Of a stretch of DNA of 64,000 bases, positions 16,802 through 28,421 are shown piece after piece. The DNA comes from Pseudomonadota bacterium. Lineage in GTDB: Bacteria > Bdellovibrionota > Bdellovibrionia > Bdellovibrionales > Bdellovibrionaceae. Location: contig JBEGVH010000022.1 in NCBI GenBank assembly GCA_041178425.1, positions 80-64,079 of the forward strand, written 5' to 3'. The notes beneath the pieces were generated by a model, which saw only the letters and a list, made by a program, of their open reading frames with translations, was not told where the DNA came from and did no database searches. The translations under genes and the position numbers were made by a program. Each line of letters starts with the position of its first letter. The first letter of the stretch is position 1.

Positions 16802-19800
16802 TCAAGCGGCCATTGTTGATCCAGATATAGGAATGATAATATTAAAGACACTACCAGATTCCTGGCTTAATTCAATTTGTCCTTGCACTTGTGTCACCAA
16901 ACTCATTATTAACTGCAAGCCGAGCGATGTCGTTTTCTCAAAATCAATATTTTCAGGAAACCCTACCCCATTATCTCTGACCGTGAGCCTCAAAGAAGAA
17001 TGTTCTTTTTGTAAGGAAACGTCAACCTTCCCACTCCGACCATCGGGAAACGCATGTTTATAACAGTTAGATACAATTTCATTGACTATCAAACCCACAG
17101 GAATAGCAACATCCACACTCAACGGAATATCACAAGCTTCCACATTCATCTGAATAGCCTGTTTAGTTGCATCTCCCCCAAACGACTTAGCGAGATTAAC
17201 GCAGAGATGCTTTAGGTAATCTCCCACATCAATTCGCGCCAGATCTTTAGCCTGATGAAGCTTTTCATGAACAAACGCCATTGATTTAACCCTATTTTGA
17301 CTCTCACGCAATGCCCTCAGAGCTTCAGCATCCTTGATTGTTCGCGACTGCAGATTAAATAGACTTGAGATCACCTGAAGATTATTTTTAACTCGGTGAT
17401 GAATTTCCTTCAACAAAACTTCTTTTTCTCGCAACGATGACGTAATTTGATGTTCAGCTCGCTTCATATCTTCTACTAATCGTGCGTTTTCAATCGAAAT
17501 AGCTGCTTGAGTACTGAGGAGTCGAATGAGCTCCACTTGTTTGGGTGAAAAAACAGAATCACTCAATCGGTTTTCGAGATACAGAATACCGATTAGCTTG
17601 TTCTGCTTCGAAAATGGTAAACAAAAGACCGACTTTAATTTCAAAGACTGAACTTCTTGATTGTCTTTAAAGGGGCCTTCTTCACAAGCATTAGTTAGAA
17701 TAATGTTTTCTTTTGTTCGATGAACATACCGAATCATTGAGCGACAAACATGAGAGGCATCAGCCAATGACACCTTCTTTGTTATAACTGACTCTTTCTC
17801 TTTAATTTGACTTTCTGCGTTTATCCAAAGCTCCCCAGCATTATCCATCACCAAACAGCCAAACTGGGCTCCTGAAAGCTCTATCACGACATTCATAATT
17901 TTCTTAAGTAGCTGTTCAGTTTGAATTTCTGCCGCGATGGCATGAGAGTATTTTAAAAAGTATTCAACGTCGAGACTTGGCAAAGCCGGAGCGCCCTGAC
18001 GCTCGGAAACCAACTCAACGGGCACAGAGGTTTGCAGTTTTTCATTCTCGAAAAACTGCGGGTATTTTTCAACCAACGACATCGCCATTGGACTCACATG
18101 GGAAACTTGAAAAATACGATAGGCTTCTAAGAAATGAAGCTTTGCTACGGCCTCTAAGTTTAAATCGGTAAGAACAGTTCCTAAAGTCTGATGAAGGTAA
18201 CCTTCAAGAAACCCATAGTTGAGGGCCCTGGCTATACAAATCGCTTCTTGATAGAAGACCAATGATGCCTGAGGCCCGTCGAAGAATCGTTTTTGCTCAG
18301 CCTTTAAAAAGGCTAAGTACGGACGCAGGAGGGGGCCGATATTTGCCCACGTCTCAAGTTTTTTAACAAAGGGCTCAATAAAGGTTTTTACCTTCTCTTG
18401 CTCCTTCGAAGCCGTTCCGTTCATCGCCAATCGAAGAGTATTAATCACGCGAAAAACATACCACTCCCGCTTTAAAACATTATCGGTTAGGCCGTGCATG
18501 TACTTCTCGACCAAATTGAGATCAGTTTCTGCGCCCAAATGATCACCCAAATAAAACCGAGCCAACGCCGAATGCACATAGTAGCTTCCGGCAGACGCTA
18601 TATGATTGGCGTCCACCCATTTCTTTATGCGATCTCCCATAGGTGCAAACTTTCCACCATTCTTCATCGGCTCAATCCAGCCGAGCTGGACGGCCTCAGC
18701 CAGACCTACAGAAAACGAAAGATGGAATTTTTGTGAGAATTGTAAACACTCTCGGGCGTATAACTCTTGTTCAGAAAGTGGAGCTCCTCGAACCTGCAGA
18801 TTCCACATCAATGGGCCATAACAAAGGCCGGCATTATAGAGGTCTCCGCAGTTTCTTCCCGACTGAATACCCTTGAGACAATAATTTACGATTTCGTCGG
18901 GATGACTCCGAGAGTGCATGTTACACCATACAACACCATTAATACCCCGAGTGGCTCCAAAGGTATTAGGATATTTCTCTGAAAGCTGCTTGGCCAAATC
19001 CTCATACTTGAATGCTTCTTCAAAATGTTCGTTCTCACCTAAATTCAAACCCATAATTGAAAACGAATAAATCACCGACTCATCCATTCCGCCGGACAAA
19101 CAATGCTGTGTGGACTGCGCCGCCGATAGGTAAAGCTGAGATACGAGCCCTGACATATAAAGATCGGGGATTAACTCACTATAGAACGACAGTTCAATTT
19201 TACTTTTACGCTCATCGGTGAATGGCATCGTGAGAATTCGCCCCCAAACATCACCATGATCTTTATGAATTTGGTTCATCAACTGCTCGCAGCGCGATCT
19301 TGCAGTTTCTGGATCTTCTGGAATTTCCTTACCAATAAAAGCGAGGCCCCGATTGGCAGTGGCAATGGCTTTAATAAAATTTCCAATCGAAGAGAGGGAC
19401 GTTGTTTGTTCGGCGAGAGCCTCGGTCTTGTCGAGATCGGATTGAGAATAATCTAACAACTGGTCAAGCAAGCGCTCAGAACTTTCATAATTTCCTACCA
19501 TTAATTCAGTCTTCGCTAGCTTTTGAAAAACACGAAACGTCTTCTCGTACTGTGTGGTCCAGGCTTTATCTGGGAGAAGCGCGAGACTTCGCTTAAAGTA
19601 GTCATTCGCAGCCTCGGTGGCCAATGAATTGAGTGCACTGTTACCGGCAGAGTAATTCAGGTGCGAAATCAGTGAGGCCACAGAGGGCTCTGGCTTCCCC
19701 CCCGCTTCTTCCATTAACTGCGTTGCAATATTTAAGTGCGACGTGACGGTAAAAATGTTTTCGAGCTTCTCAAGCGGAAAATCTTTTGGAATAGATTCAT

Positions 19801-21895
19801 ACAGGTGATGGCCAATTTCCCAGTGAATCTTTTGTCGGCGTTCACGATCGATATTGCTCAAAGCTGCTTCTTGCACCTTATCATGAACGAACTGGAGTTG
19901 ATCTTTGTTTTCTATTAACAACCCTTGTCCTAAGGCGGGCTTAAGCACTTCAAAGGTGTCAAGCAATGAAATTTCCCTGACGTGTGCTACTTCATCGGGC
20001 GTAAAAAGGTTACCCATGCAGGCGCAATATTCAAGCAAATCGATGGTTGGCGTTGGCAGCTTTTTTACTTTTGAAGTAAACAACGCCACCACCGTCGAGG
20101 GCATATTGCTCCCTCGAATTTTATCCATATTCCACGAAAATTCGTTTGATGCTTCTTTAAAGTATAAAAGATTTTCGTTGTATAAAAACGAAAGGCTCTC
20201 ACTGACAAAAAGTGGATTTCCTTCAGTTAATTTAGAAATAAACTGTGCCAAAGTTTGCGTCTGATCAATAGGCGCATCGAGAATATAAGACACCATCTCA
20301 TGGGTGTGCTCATCTAAAATAGGCCCCAAACGGATTTCTTTAAGCGGTCCACGACTCTCCTGAATTCCGTTGACCATCTTTACTAGCGCATGACTCGAAT
20401 CCACTTCATTATGGCGATACGCACCTAACAGAAAAAGATAGGGATGTTCTTTGAAATTGGCAAAAACGTTTGTTAGTAGCTCGAAGGAGGCAATATCACA
20501 CCACTGCAAATCATCAATAAACAATACCAATGGACTCTCAGCATTGGCGATCGCCGATAGGAATCGACCAAACACATCGAGGAACCGGTTGCGCGCCTCG
20601 ACAGGAGGTAGCGCCATCACCTCTGGTTGCGGACCTATCAAAATCTGTAGCTCAGGAAGCACGTCCGTCAATACACGTCCATTTTTTCCCACGGCTTCGA
20701 GAATCTTATTTTTCCAAACTTCTACGCGCTCATCACTTTCAGTTAAAAAGGTGCGAGTGAGATTACGGAAAGCCTGAATGATGGAGCTATAGGGAATGTT
20801 TTTTTGGTAAACGTCAAATTTACCGGAGGTAAAATAGCCTTTATTGCGAACAATCGGTTTCTGAAGTTCTTGGATGAGACGAGTTTTACCTATTCCCGAA
20901 AACCCGGATATAAAAAGGGCTCTGAATTGCCCCTCAGACACAGAACTATACTCGGATAGAATGACATCTGCTTCACTATCGCGCCCTACCATCTTTGAAA
21001 TGAACGTAATTCGGTGAGTTCTGTCTTCTAAGCCAAGAGGAAAGGGTTTCACCTCGCTTGGATTTTTATGGTACTCTGTGCGAAAACGCAAGAGATCCAT
21101 TAGAAGCCCACGTCCACCCTGATAACGTTTTTCTGGCTGCTTTAACAATAGCTTCTCTATGACTTTGCTTAGGATCAATGGAACATCAGAATTGAGCTCT
21201 GTTACCAAAGGAGCTTCTTCCGCCAAATGAGAGTGAATCAACTCAAGAGGATCGTTAGAAAAAAAAGGTAACTTTTTTGTTAATAACTCATAAAAGATAA
21301 TTCCGAGGGAATAAATATCGGTGGTGAATTCAACTCGATGATTGATTCGACCTGTTTGCTCGGGCGAAGTGTATGCCAAAGTGCCTTCGACAAATTGTCT
21401 GTCGTAAATAAAATGACTCACATTCCGTACGTCCAAGGGGGTAATAAAATCAACAATTCGTAAATCAAGGGTTTGGGGATCAATGAGTATATTATGAGGC
21501 TTAATACCGCCATGAATGAGCCCTGCTTGATGAATCTTTTCCAGAAGCTCAGCCAGAGTGCAGGCAATAGTTAAAAAATCATCCAGGGTGAGTTTGGACT
21601 GGTTTTTAGCCCATTCGTCGAGAGTGATTCCTGCAAAATACTCTCTGGTGATGAATGGAACATCCCATTGATCTTGAAACGATAATGGAATGAGCAAGCG
21701 AGGGTCGTTGAGTACCTTGAGATGCTCCACTTTTTGTCGGAAATACTTGCGCTGACTCTCCGTCAGAAGTCCCGTTTTGAGAGACTTCACAACCAGAAGC
21801 CGGTGTGGCATGTTTTTGTAATAACCCTTAAAGACCGTCGATTGCGGACCTTCACCGAGAGTTTCGAGGAGAGTGTAATTGGGTATAAAATTCAT
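16802..21895 (-). CDS. Multidomain sensor: Ser/Thr-kinase-like domain (catalytic loop HGG) + P-loop STAND/AAA ATPase + helical repeat region + GAF + HisKA_2/HATPase histidine kinase
   Basis: Kinase-like [34 protein letters not shown]. Walker A GFSGIGKT, Walker [12 protein letters not shown]-box HHRVKNNLQ at aa 1511. N/G boxes [27 protein letters not shown] 21895 chosen; the ORF track starts at TTG 21931. Confidence 0.85.
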   Translation of the reverse strand: MNFIPNYTLLETLGEGPQSTVFKGYYKNMPHRLLVVKSLKTGLLTESQRKYFRQKVEHLKVLNDPRLLIPLSFQDQWDVPFITREYFAGITLDEWAKNQSKLTLDDFLTIACTLAELLEKIHQAGLIHGGIKPHNILIDPQTLDLRIVDFITPLDVRNVSHFIYDRQFVEGTLAYTSPEQTGRINHRVEFTTDIYSLGIIFYELLTKKLPFFSNDPLELIHSHLAEEAPLVTELNSDVPLILSKVIEKLLLKQPEKRYQGGRGLLMDLLRFRTEYHKNPSEVKPFPLGLEDRTHRITFISKMVGRDSEADVILSEYSSVSEGQFRALFISGFSGIGKTRLIQELQKPIVRNKGYFTSGKFDVYQKNIPYSSIIQAFRNLTRTFLTESDERVEVWKNKILEAVGKNGRVLTDVLPELQILIGPQPEVMALPPVEARNRFLDVFGRFLSAIANAESPLVLFIDDLQWCDIASFELLTNVFANFKEHPYLFLLGAYRHNEVDSSHALVKMVNGIQESRGPLKEIRLGPILDEHTHEMVSYILDAPIDQTQTLAQFISKLTEGNPLFVSESLSFLYNENLLYFKEASNEFSWNMDKIRGSNMPSTVVALFTSKVKKLPTPTIDLLEYCACMGNLFTPDEVAHVREISLLDTFEVLKPALGQGLLIENKDQLQFVHDKVQEAALSNIDRERRQKIHWEIGHHLYESIPKDFPLEKLENIFTVTSHLNIATQLMEEAGGKPEPSVASLISHLNYSAGNSALNSLATEAANDYFKRSLALLPDKAWTTQYEKTFRVFQKLAKTELMVGNYESSERLLDQLLDYSQSDLDKTEALAEQTTSLSSIGNFIKAIATANRGLAFIGKEIPEDPETARSRCEQLMNQIHKDHGDVWGRILTMPFTDERKSKIELSFYSELIPDLYMSGLVSQLYLSAAQSTQHCLSGGMDESVIYSFSIMGLNLGENEHFEEAFKYEDLAKQLSEKYPNTFGATRGINGVVWCNMHSRSHPDEIVNYCLKGIQSGRNCGDLYNAGLCYGPLMWNLQVRGAPLSEQELYARECLQFSQKFHLSFSVGLAEAVQLGWIEPMKNGGKFAPMGDRIKKWVDANHIASAGSYYVHSALARFYLGDHLGAETDLNLVEKYMHGLTDNVLKREWYVFRVINTLRLAMNGTASKEQEKVKTFIEPFVKKLETWANIGPLLRPYLAFLKAEQKRFFDGPQASLVFYQEAICIARALNYGFLEGYLHQTLGTVLTDLNLEAVAKLHFLEAYRIFQVSHVSPMAMSLVEKYPQFFENEKLQTSVPVELVSERQGAPALPSLDVEYFLKYSHAIAAEIQTEQLLKKIMNVVIELSGAQFGCLVMDNAGELWINAESQIKEKESVITKKVSLADASHVCRSMIRYVHRTKENIILTNACEEGPFKDNQEVQSLKLKSVFCLPFSKQNKLIGILYLENRLSDSVFSPKQVELIRLLSTQAAISIENARLVEDMKRAEHQITSSLREKEVLLKEIHHRVKNNLQVISSLFNLQSRTIKDAEALRALRESQNRVKSMAFVHEKLHQAKDLARIDVGDYLKHLCVNLAKSFGGDATKQAIQMNVEACDIPLSVDVAIPVGLIVNEIVSNCYKHAFPDGRSGKVDVSLQKEHSSLRLTVRDNGVGFPENIDFEKTTSLGLQLIMSLVTQVQGQIELSQESGSVFNIIIPISGSTMAA

Positions 21896-22087
21896 GGAAC
21901 TCCCTGTAACTTGAAGACATTGACAGTCCAAAACAGAACTTCTTTAATCTTCGGAATCCCATGGGCAAGAATCAAGTACTGTTAGACGGAAACTGACCCC
22001 ATAGAGCGACTCTTCTTTTTATGCACTTCAATGGTCTAGTTTTGAGAGCTACTTGCATGAAGATCTCTTAACAAGTATCTTATTTTC

Positions 22088-23212
22088 ATGACAAAACAGC
22101 AATCCTACTTCATCATTGCGATGGCCTATCTGAGTCTTTTTGGTCTTGGTCTCGCGGACACCCTCAGAGGAGCGCTGTTTCCGGAAATTCTTATTAAATA
22201 TACTCTTAGCAACTCCCAAGGCTCCTGGTTTTTTATTACAACATCACTCTTTTCGATCGTTGCTGGATACTCTAGTCACTCACTCGCAAGAGCGATCTCT
22301 CTTTTTAACACCTGGCGAGCTGGGGTGCTATTTATGGGCCTCGGCTCCCTGGGGATTTATCTAGCCTCAAATTTTTCACTCGTCCTGATTGGCTGCGCTA
22401 CCCTTGGCATTGGTTTTGGAATTCTTTCTGTCACGCAGAATATTCTTATCACCAAAGTCAGCCCTAAACGCTTAACAAAAAAACTTCTCTCTGGCCTGCA
22501 CAGCATGTATGGGCTCGCCTCTTTTTTTGCTCCCCTCATGGTGGCGCAATTCGCCTCTCGAGGCCTTTCGTGGCCCTTGTTGTTTCTCTGGGCTGGTCTT
22601 ATTGTTTTTCTTTTGCTCGCCATTTCATTTCGAATTCGTAGCCCACGAATCCCCGATGACCCACCAGCGGAGGATCATCAAAATCAACGTTTTTTTACTA
22701 AACCACAACTGTTGTTTGCTTTCATGGTGGGATCCTATGTGGCGATGGAAATTCTCGTCACGACTCGCTTAACAAGCTATCTCACTCAAAACTTAAATTG
22801 GTCGATCGAAGCGGCGAGCACCTATCTCACCTATTTTTTCATTTCTCTTCTCACAGGACGATTTCTTTTTTCAATTTTACATTTTCCACTGTCTACTAAA
22901 AAAACGCTCCTAATCTCACTTGTTGGCTCCATGATTTTGAATCTTCTTGGGTTGCACCTCCACCCGATCTACCTCACCCTGACGGGTTTATTCATGGCCC
23001 CTTTTTATCCCGTGGCCATGGCCTTTCTGGCCGAACGATTTCCTCAGAAACTCTCACCGATGATCGGACTCATTATCGCTTTTCAATCGAGCTTTGTTAT
23101 TTTGATGAATTTATTGATGGGTCAACTCACCGACCTTTATGGCATACAAATAGCTATGAATTCAGCCTTCGCCTTCGGCGGGCTCAGTTGGTTTTTACTG
23201 ATGTTTATTTAA
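22088..23212 (+). CDS. MFS transporter
   Basis: About 12 predicted TM helices in a 6+6 arrangement around a central loop (RIRSPRIPDDPPAEDHQ). No substrate assignment possible. Confidence 0.7.
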   Translation: MTKQQSYFIIAMAYLSLFGLGLADTLRGALFPEILIKYTLSNSQGSWFFITTSLFSIVAGYSSHSLARAISLFNTWRAGVLFMGLGSLGIYLASNFSLVLIGCATLGIGFGILSVTQNILITKVSPKRLTKKLLSGLHSMYGLASFFAPLMVAQFASRGLSWPLLFLWAGLIVFLLLAISFRIRSPRIPDDPPAEDHQNQRFFTKPQLLFAFMVGSYVAMEILVTTRLTSYLTQNLNWSIEAASTYLTYFFISLLTGRFLFSILHFPLSTKKTLLISLVGSMILNLLGLHLHPIYLTLTGLFMAPFYPVAMAFLAERFPQKLSPMIGLIIAFQSSFVILMNLLMGQLTDLYGIQIAMNSAFAFGGLSWFLLMFI

Positions 23213-23222
23213 TAATCAAAAA

Positions 23223-24371
23223 CTATAGAATAGATTCAACAAAGTTTTTTGCGGAGAAAGGTCGCAGATCACCCATCTTTTCCCCGACGCCAATGAATTT
23301 AATAGGAAGCTCGAGCTCGTGAGCCACTCCCACTGCCACTCCACCCTTGGCCGTGCCATCCAACTTCGTCAATACAACCCCTGTGACTCCCAGCGCTTTA
23401 TGAAACTCTTTAGCCTGAAGAAGGGCATTTTGACCTTGGTTTGAATCGAGCACCAGCAAAACTTCGTGAGGAGCTTCTGGAATAACCTTTTGAACGACTC
23501 TCTTCATTTTTTTAATTTCTTCCATCAGGTTTTGCTGCGTGTGCAATCGGCCGGCGGTGTCGACGATAATCACATCAAATCCTTTTGCCACACCTTTCTG
23601 AACGGCATCAAAAGCAACAGCTGACGGATCGGTTATTCCCTCGGGAGAAAATATCTCGACGTGCGCACGCTCTGTCCAAACTTTCAATTGATTTCCAGCC
23701 GCTGCACGAAATGTATCACCTGCCGCAACCAATACTTTCTTTCCATTTTGAGCCAATTGCGATGCTATTTTACCAATGCTCGTGGTTTTGCCAGCACCAT
23801 TAACCCCCACAACCATCCAAACTGAAGGGTTGTGAAACTGGAAACTCTCAAACAACTCGTTCGACTCTTCCTCACCTTGAGTTTTCTGAAAGATCTGCAG
23901 AATTTCGGCGCGCAAAGCAGACCGAACCACCTCGGGATCTTTTTTTTCTGACCGAGACAAAGACTCCTTGATGCTACCAAGAAGACGCTCCACCGTTTGG
24001 GGACCAAGATCGCTCGTATACAGGATTTCTTCAATTTCATCTAAACCGGCAACGCTAGCTCCAGTCCAAAGTGACTGTAAACGCCCCCAAAAACGCTGCT
24101 TGGTCCCTGCTAATGCCGTCTGAAGTGGCGTTGACTCTTCAACAGCCAAAACTTGATTGCCACCGCCAAGGCTGACTTCTTGCTTTGTCGTGACCTCTTC
24201 TTCGGCAATGGCGAAAGCATCGCTTGGTTTTACTTCGATCGGTGTTTTTTCAACGACCTTGGAGTGTGCTTTTTCTGAACGACGATAATTTGCGACAATG
24301 GCAACAAGAAGAACGATAAATACGGCTGCAAAAACGAGTACTAAAATTTGAATGGCATCAGAACTGGTCAT
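23223..24371 (-). CDS. ftsY: Signal recognition particle receptor FtsY
   Basis: N-terminal TM anchor and acidic region. NG domain GVNGAGKTTSIGK, DTAGRLH, TKLDGTAKGG. Confidence 0.92.
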   Translation of the reverse strand: MTSSDAIQILVLVFAAVFIVLLVAIVANYRRSEKAHSKVVEKTPIEVKPSDAFAIAEEEVTTKQEVSLGGGNQVLAVEESTPLQTALAGTKQRFWGRLQSLWTGASVAGLDEIEEILYTSDLGPQTVERLLGSIKESLSRSEKKDPEVVRSALRAEILQIFQKTQGEEESNELFESFQFHNPSVWMVVGVNGAGKTTSIGKIASQLAQNGKKVLVAAGDTFRAAAGNQLKVWTERAHVEIFSPEGITDPSAVAFDAVQKGVAKGFDVIIVDTAGRLHTQQNLMEEIKKMKRVVQKVIPEAPHEVLLVLDSNQGQNALLQAKEFHKALGVTGVVLTKLDGTAKGGVAVGVAHELELPIKFIGVGEKMGDLRPFSAKNFVESIL

Positions 24372-24592
24372 GATTTCCTCTTAAGATATTTTTCATAGGG
24401 TCCGGGGTGGCCATAAGGACAATGTCGACACTTACAATCGCAGCAGTAGCCACGTTTTAAGAGAGCGACAGCCGTTGAAACCCTCAAACCACTTTGAGGA
24501 TCCAAGTAGTAGGAAGACCCCGCCTCAATAGCTTCACCGTGCAACTGATCGCACTTTCTTTTAAATTCGGGGTCTTCTCTGTATGGATCCAT
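24368..24592 (-). CDS. Small Cys-rich protein (DUF5522-like)
   Basis: KRGYCCDCKCRHCPYGH motif. The stop overlaps the ftsY start (ATGA). Confidence 0.5.
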   Translation of the reverse strand: MDPYREDPEFKRKCDQLHGEAIEAGSSYYLDPQSGLRVSTAVALLKRGYCCDCKCRHCPYGHPGPYEKYLKRKS

Positions 24593-24658
24593 TAGGCTCG
24601 TACTCTTACCCTAGTGGTACTGTGCTGACAACCTTTCGGTGCTAAAAGCAAAAGGTCT

Positions 24659-27600
24659 TTAAACATCTCCAAAGTTACGAGCGGCATCTTGCAAGCTAAC
24701 ACTCACCATGGTCGAAACTCCTCGCTCTTGCATTGTTACGCCATAGAGCTTCTTTGCCACTTCCATTGTATGTTTATTGTGAGTGACCACAATAATTTGA
24801 CTGCGCTTTGCCATTTCTCGAACGAGATCATTAAAACGGTAAACGTTAGCATCATCGAGTGGTGCATCCACCTCGTCGAGCAAACAATAAGGAGATGGCT
24901 TTACAAGGAAGATCGCAAAAATAAGCGCCACGGCAGTGAGAGCTTTTTCTCCACCCGACATCAGGGTTACACTTTGCATCTTCTTACCGGGAGGTTTTGC
25001 GATGATTTCAATTCCCATTTCTTGAGTTTCAGGGTCTTCATGAAGCTCTAAACGGGCCTCTCCTCCACCAAATAGAACGGGAAAGACCTTCGTGAAACGT
25101 TCATTCACAAGATCAAACGTCTCTTTAAAACGCTTTGAACAAATCTTGTTGATTCGATCGATCACGCGACGAAGCTGTTCCTTTGCCTCTTGAAGGTCGT
25201 TTTGTTGTTGCACAAGAAACTCATAGCGCTTCGATGTTTCTTCATACTCTTCAATGGCAGAAAGATTGACTTCGCCAATTTTACTGATTTTTTCACGAAG
25301 CTCTTTTAATTCACTCTCAGCGCCCACCGTATCGCCTTCGCGCCCTTCGAAGCGAGGCAAAACATCCGGAAGCTCAAGCATGTAGCGCTCGCGAATCTGA
25401 TCTCGTAAATACTGTTCTTTCATGCGAGCCTGTTCGAGCTGCAATTTACTTTCATTCATTCGCATCTGCAACTGATGGCGATCGCGTTGAAGAGTCTGCA
25501 CGCTTTCTTCGAGCTCACGAGTATCAGCGGATTCCTGCTCGTATTGATCTCGAGCGAGGGCCAAATGTTGACGAGCTTCCTCGACAGCAACAATCAACTT
25601 CTCCAGATCACGTCGTTCTTCTTCCATTTGCCACTGATTAGCGGTTAGGCTCGTTGCATTCTTTGAAGACTCTTCAGACATTCTCGATAATTGCCCCCTC
25701 AAGTCGGTCAACATCTTATCTACCGACTGAAGTTGCTTTTGAACACCATCAAGCTCTTGGCTCTTTGATACAAAATCAACCTTGAGTTCCATCACCTGAT
25801 TCTGCAAGCCTTCAAATCCTAATTTATTTTGCGCCAATTCTTGATCGAGGGTTTGAATAGAATCTTCGAGCTCGGCTTTTTTCAAACGAGCTTCCTGAAG
25901 ATTCTGCTCTAATTCTGAATAGCGCTCTTCGAGACTTTGATGTTGCAGTACAATTTTTTGAACTTCTTTTTCTTGTCGTTCAACTGCGTACTCCGCATTG
26001 TTCACTTCTGTTTCAGCTCTCTCGAGATCTTTTTTGAGTTCAGCAATGCGAATTTCTTGCTCTTGCCGACGTTTTTGGGCGCCTTCAAAGTCATTCACAA
26101 CGTTTTGCAGTTGTTGCTCAATTTTCTTCATGGCCGCCTGGGCAAGAACTAACTTTCCCGACCATTCTTCTTTTTGTTGAGTGAGTTCTTTAATTTCACG
26201 ACGTCGTTTTAAAACACCGCTTTCTGCTGTTTCACGAGCTCCGCCAGTTAAAACACCCTCCGCAGACAGAGTATCACCCTCGATCGTCACAAAAGACCAA
26301 CCCGGATATTCAGGTCTTAGAGCGAGAGCTGCTCGAATATCTTCAACCACGGCAAAATCACCAAGAAGATGTTGCACCGTTGGACGAAATTCTTCACTGC
26401 AACGAATAACATCCTTTAAAATAGCCACCACACCCGTGGGAGAAGCAATTGATTCTGAATCAATCTTAGCGGCCCATGGGGTGTTAAAAAAAGAAGTTCG
26501 CCCCGTTTTGGATGTTTTCAAATGATCAACGGCTTCTACGGCCGATGACTCGTTGGTCGAGAGGAGCATCTGAAGTTTCGTTCCTAATGCCGCTTCCATC
26601 GCGACTTCAAACTCAGAGGGAACTTCAACCACTTCCGAAACCGGTTGAAAACTGACCTCAACGCTACCGTCCGCACGGAGTTGCTGCTCGGCACGAGCCT
26701 TTTGCCAATGCATGACACTCTTTACACCCTCTTCAAATCCCTCAAAATTACCATGCAAACTCTCGAGGCCATAAAGACGACTTGTGACTTGATTGAGACT
26801 ATCTTTGAATTGATCCACTTCGATTCGTTTTTCTTCGAGATCTCTTTGAAGAACTTTTTTGTTTGCTTCGAAGGAATCAACATCTTGAGAAAGATCAAAA
26901 CCTAATTGGCGTTCTTTTTCGTATTGATTTTCAACTTTCAGTCGTCGCTGTTTAAACTCTTCAACCTTACCAATAAGCTCTTGATGCAAAGATTCTTGGT
27001 GCTCCCGTCGGCTCTGCAGGTCATCTAATTGAGCCTGCATCGACTGCACCTTGGCGTCTACAGCGCTCACACTCTGACCCACAGCAAACATTTCTCGGCG
27101 CTTGCTCGTGAGTTCTTCGTCGATTTCTTGAACGCGAGATTGATGTTCTTCGTAAACAGAGTTCTTTTCTTCGAACTCAAGCTTTAATGACTCAACAAGC
27201 CCCTTCAAGCTCTCTGCTTTTTGAGTCAGTTCTTGAAAATCACGATCGAGCAATTCTTCGCGGGCCTTTTGTTCTTGCAACAAAGTTCCAGTCATTTGCT
27301 CATTGCGACGCCCTTGCTCAATTTCGAAACGCAATTCTTGAAGCTGCATTTCTTTCTTTTGAACTTGAGATTGAAGCTCGTAATGCATTCCTTGCAACTG
27401 TTCGACTTTCTTTTCTTGCTCAAGAAGAGTCAGTCGACGAGTTTCGAGATCGGATTGCATTCCCGATAAATCAGTACCGCCACTCACATCTTGGGACTGA
27501 GCTTCATTAAAAATCAATTCCGCTTGCTCAGCTTTTGTAGATAACTCTTTATATTGAATCGAGGCTAACCAAAGATCGAGATCTTCAATTTGGTTTTTTA

Positions 27601-28261
27601 AATTACGATATCGCTCGGCACGCTGAGCTTGTCTTTGCAAGGAATCAATTTGTCTCTTTAACTCGCCAGTAATATCTTGAAGACGAACAAGGTTTTGGTC
27701 CGTCGACTGAAGTTTTCTCTGCGACTCCTTTTTTCGAACTTTAAACTTAGTAATTCCCGCAGCCTCTTCAATAAGAGATTTGCGATCCTCTGGTTTAGCT
27801 GTAATGATTTTACCGATGGCGCCTTGCTCAATAATAGAAAAACCTTTCGAGCCGGCACCCGTATCCATAAAAATCTCTTGGATATCTTTTAAACGAGCAG
27901 ACTCTTTATTGATAAGGTACTCAGACTCGCCATTGCGATGAAGACGGCGCGTGACCATCACTTCAGAGAAGGAGGCATATTTAGCAGGAAAAGGTCCGCC
28001 ATCATTTTCGAGCGTGAGTGAGACCTCTGCCAAACCTAGTGGGGCATAAGCCTCAGAGCCCGCAAAAATAACATCTTCCATGGAGCTTCCGCGAAGATGC
28101 TTCGCCGACATTTCACCCATAACCCAAACGAGAGCATCCACGATATTTGATTTACCACAACCATTCGGACCAACGATTCCAGTAATTCCCGCGTCAAAGT
28201 GAATGACGGTTCTATCTTTGAATGATTTAAAGCCCACTAATTCAAGTTTTTTTATTCTCAT
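24659..28261 (-). CDS. smc: Chromosome partition protein Smc
   Basis: Walker A GPNGCGKSN, long coiled coils with a central hinge, signature LSGGEKALTAVAL, Walker B LLDEVDAPLD. Confidence 0.94.
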   Translation of the reverse strand: MRIKKLELVGFKSFKDRTVIHFDAGITGIVGPNGCGKSNIVDALVWVMGEMSAKHLRGSSMEDVIFAGSEAYAPLGLAEVSLTLENDGGPFPAKYASFSEVMVTRRLHRNGESEYLINKESARLKDIQEIFMDTGAGSKGFSIIEQGAIGKIITAKPEDRKSLIEEAAGITKFKVRKKESQRKLQSTDQNLVRLQDITGELKRQIDSLQRQAQRAERYRNLKNQIEDLDLWLASIQYKELSTKAEQAELIFNEAQSQDVSGGTDLSGMQSDLETRRLTLLEQEKKVEQLQGMHYELQSQVQKKEMQLQELRFEIEQGRRNEQMTGTLLQEQKAREELLDRDFQELTQKAESLKGLVESLKLEFEEKNSVYEEHQSRVQEIDEELTSKRREMFAVGQSVSAVDAKVQSMQAQLDDLQSRREHQESLHQELIGKVEEFKQRRLKVENQYEKERQLGFDLSQDVDSFEANKKVLQRDLEEKRIEVDQFKDSLNQVTSRLYGLESLHGNFEGFEEGVKSVMHWQKARAEQQLRADGSVEVSFQPVSEVVEVPSEFEVAMEAALGTKLQMLLSTNESSAVEAVDHLKTSKTGRTSFFNTPWAAKIDSESIASPTGVVAILKDVIRCSEEFRPTVQHLLGDFAVVEDIRAALALRPEYPGWSFVTIEGDTLSAEGVLTGGARETAESGVLKRRREIKELTQQKEEWSGKLVLAQAAMKKIEQQLQNVVNDFEGAQKRRQEQEIRIAELKKDLERAETEVNNAEYAVERQEKEVQKIVLQHQSLEERYSELEQNLQEARLKKAELEDSIQTLDQELAQNKLGFEGLQNQVMELKVDFVSKSQELDGVQKQLQSVDKMLTDLRGQLSRMSEESSKNATSLTANQWQMEEERRDLEKLIVAVEEARQHLALARDQYEQESADTRELEESVQTLQRDRHQLQMRMNESKLQLEQARMKEQYLRDQIRERYMLELPDVLPRFEGREGDTVGAESELKELREKISKIGEVNLSAIEEYEETSKRYEFLVQQQNDLQEAKEQLRRVIDRINKICSKRFKETFDLVNERFTKVFPVLFGGGEARLELHEDPETQEMGIEIIAKPPGKKMQSVTLMSGGEKALTAVALIFAIFLVKPSPYCLLDEVDAPLDDANVYRFNDLVREMAKRSQIIVVTHNKHTMEVAKKLYGVTMQERGVSTMVSVSLQDAARNFGDV

Positions 28262-28341
28262 TCTCGCTGCATCCTTCGCAAAATAAGTGTCACAGGCCTA
28301 AAGTCTGGCTCCACTATAACCAAACCTTAATAGAATATAAA

Positions 28342-28385
28342 AGTCAAAAAGCTTGCCCATTCTCAATGAAGCAAGCTTTTTGACT
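28342..28385 (-). terminator. Intrinsic terminator downstream of ppdK
   Basis: AGTCAAAAAGCTTGC-14 nt loop-GCAAGCTTTTTGACT, a 15-bp perfect stem, followed by a U-rich tract on the minus strand. Confidence 0.6.
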
Positions 28386-28421
28386 ATTTGATCTAAGATT
28401 CATAGTGATCGAAGCGATTTA

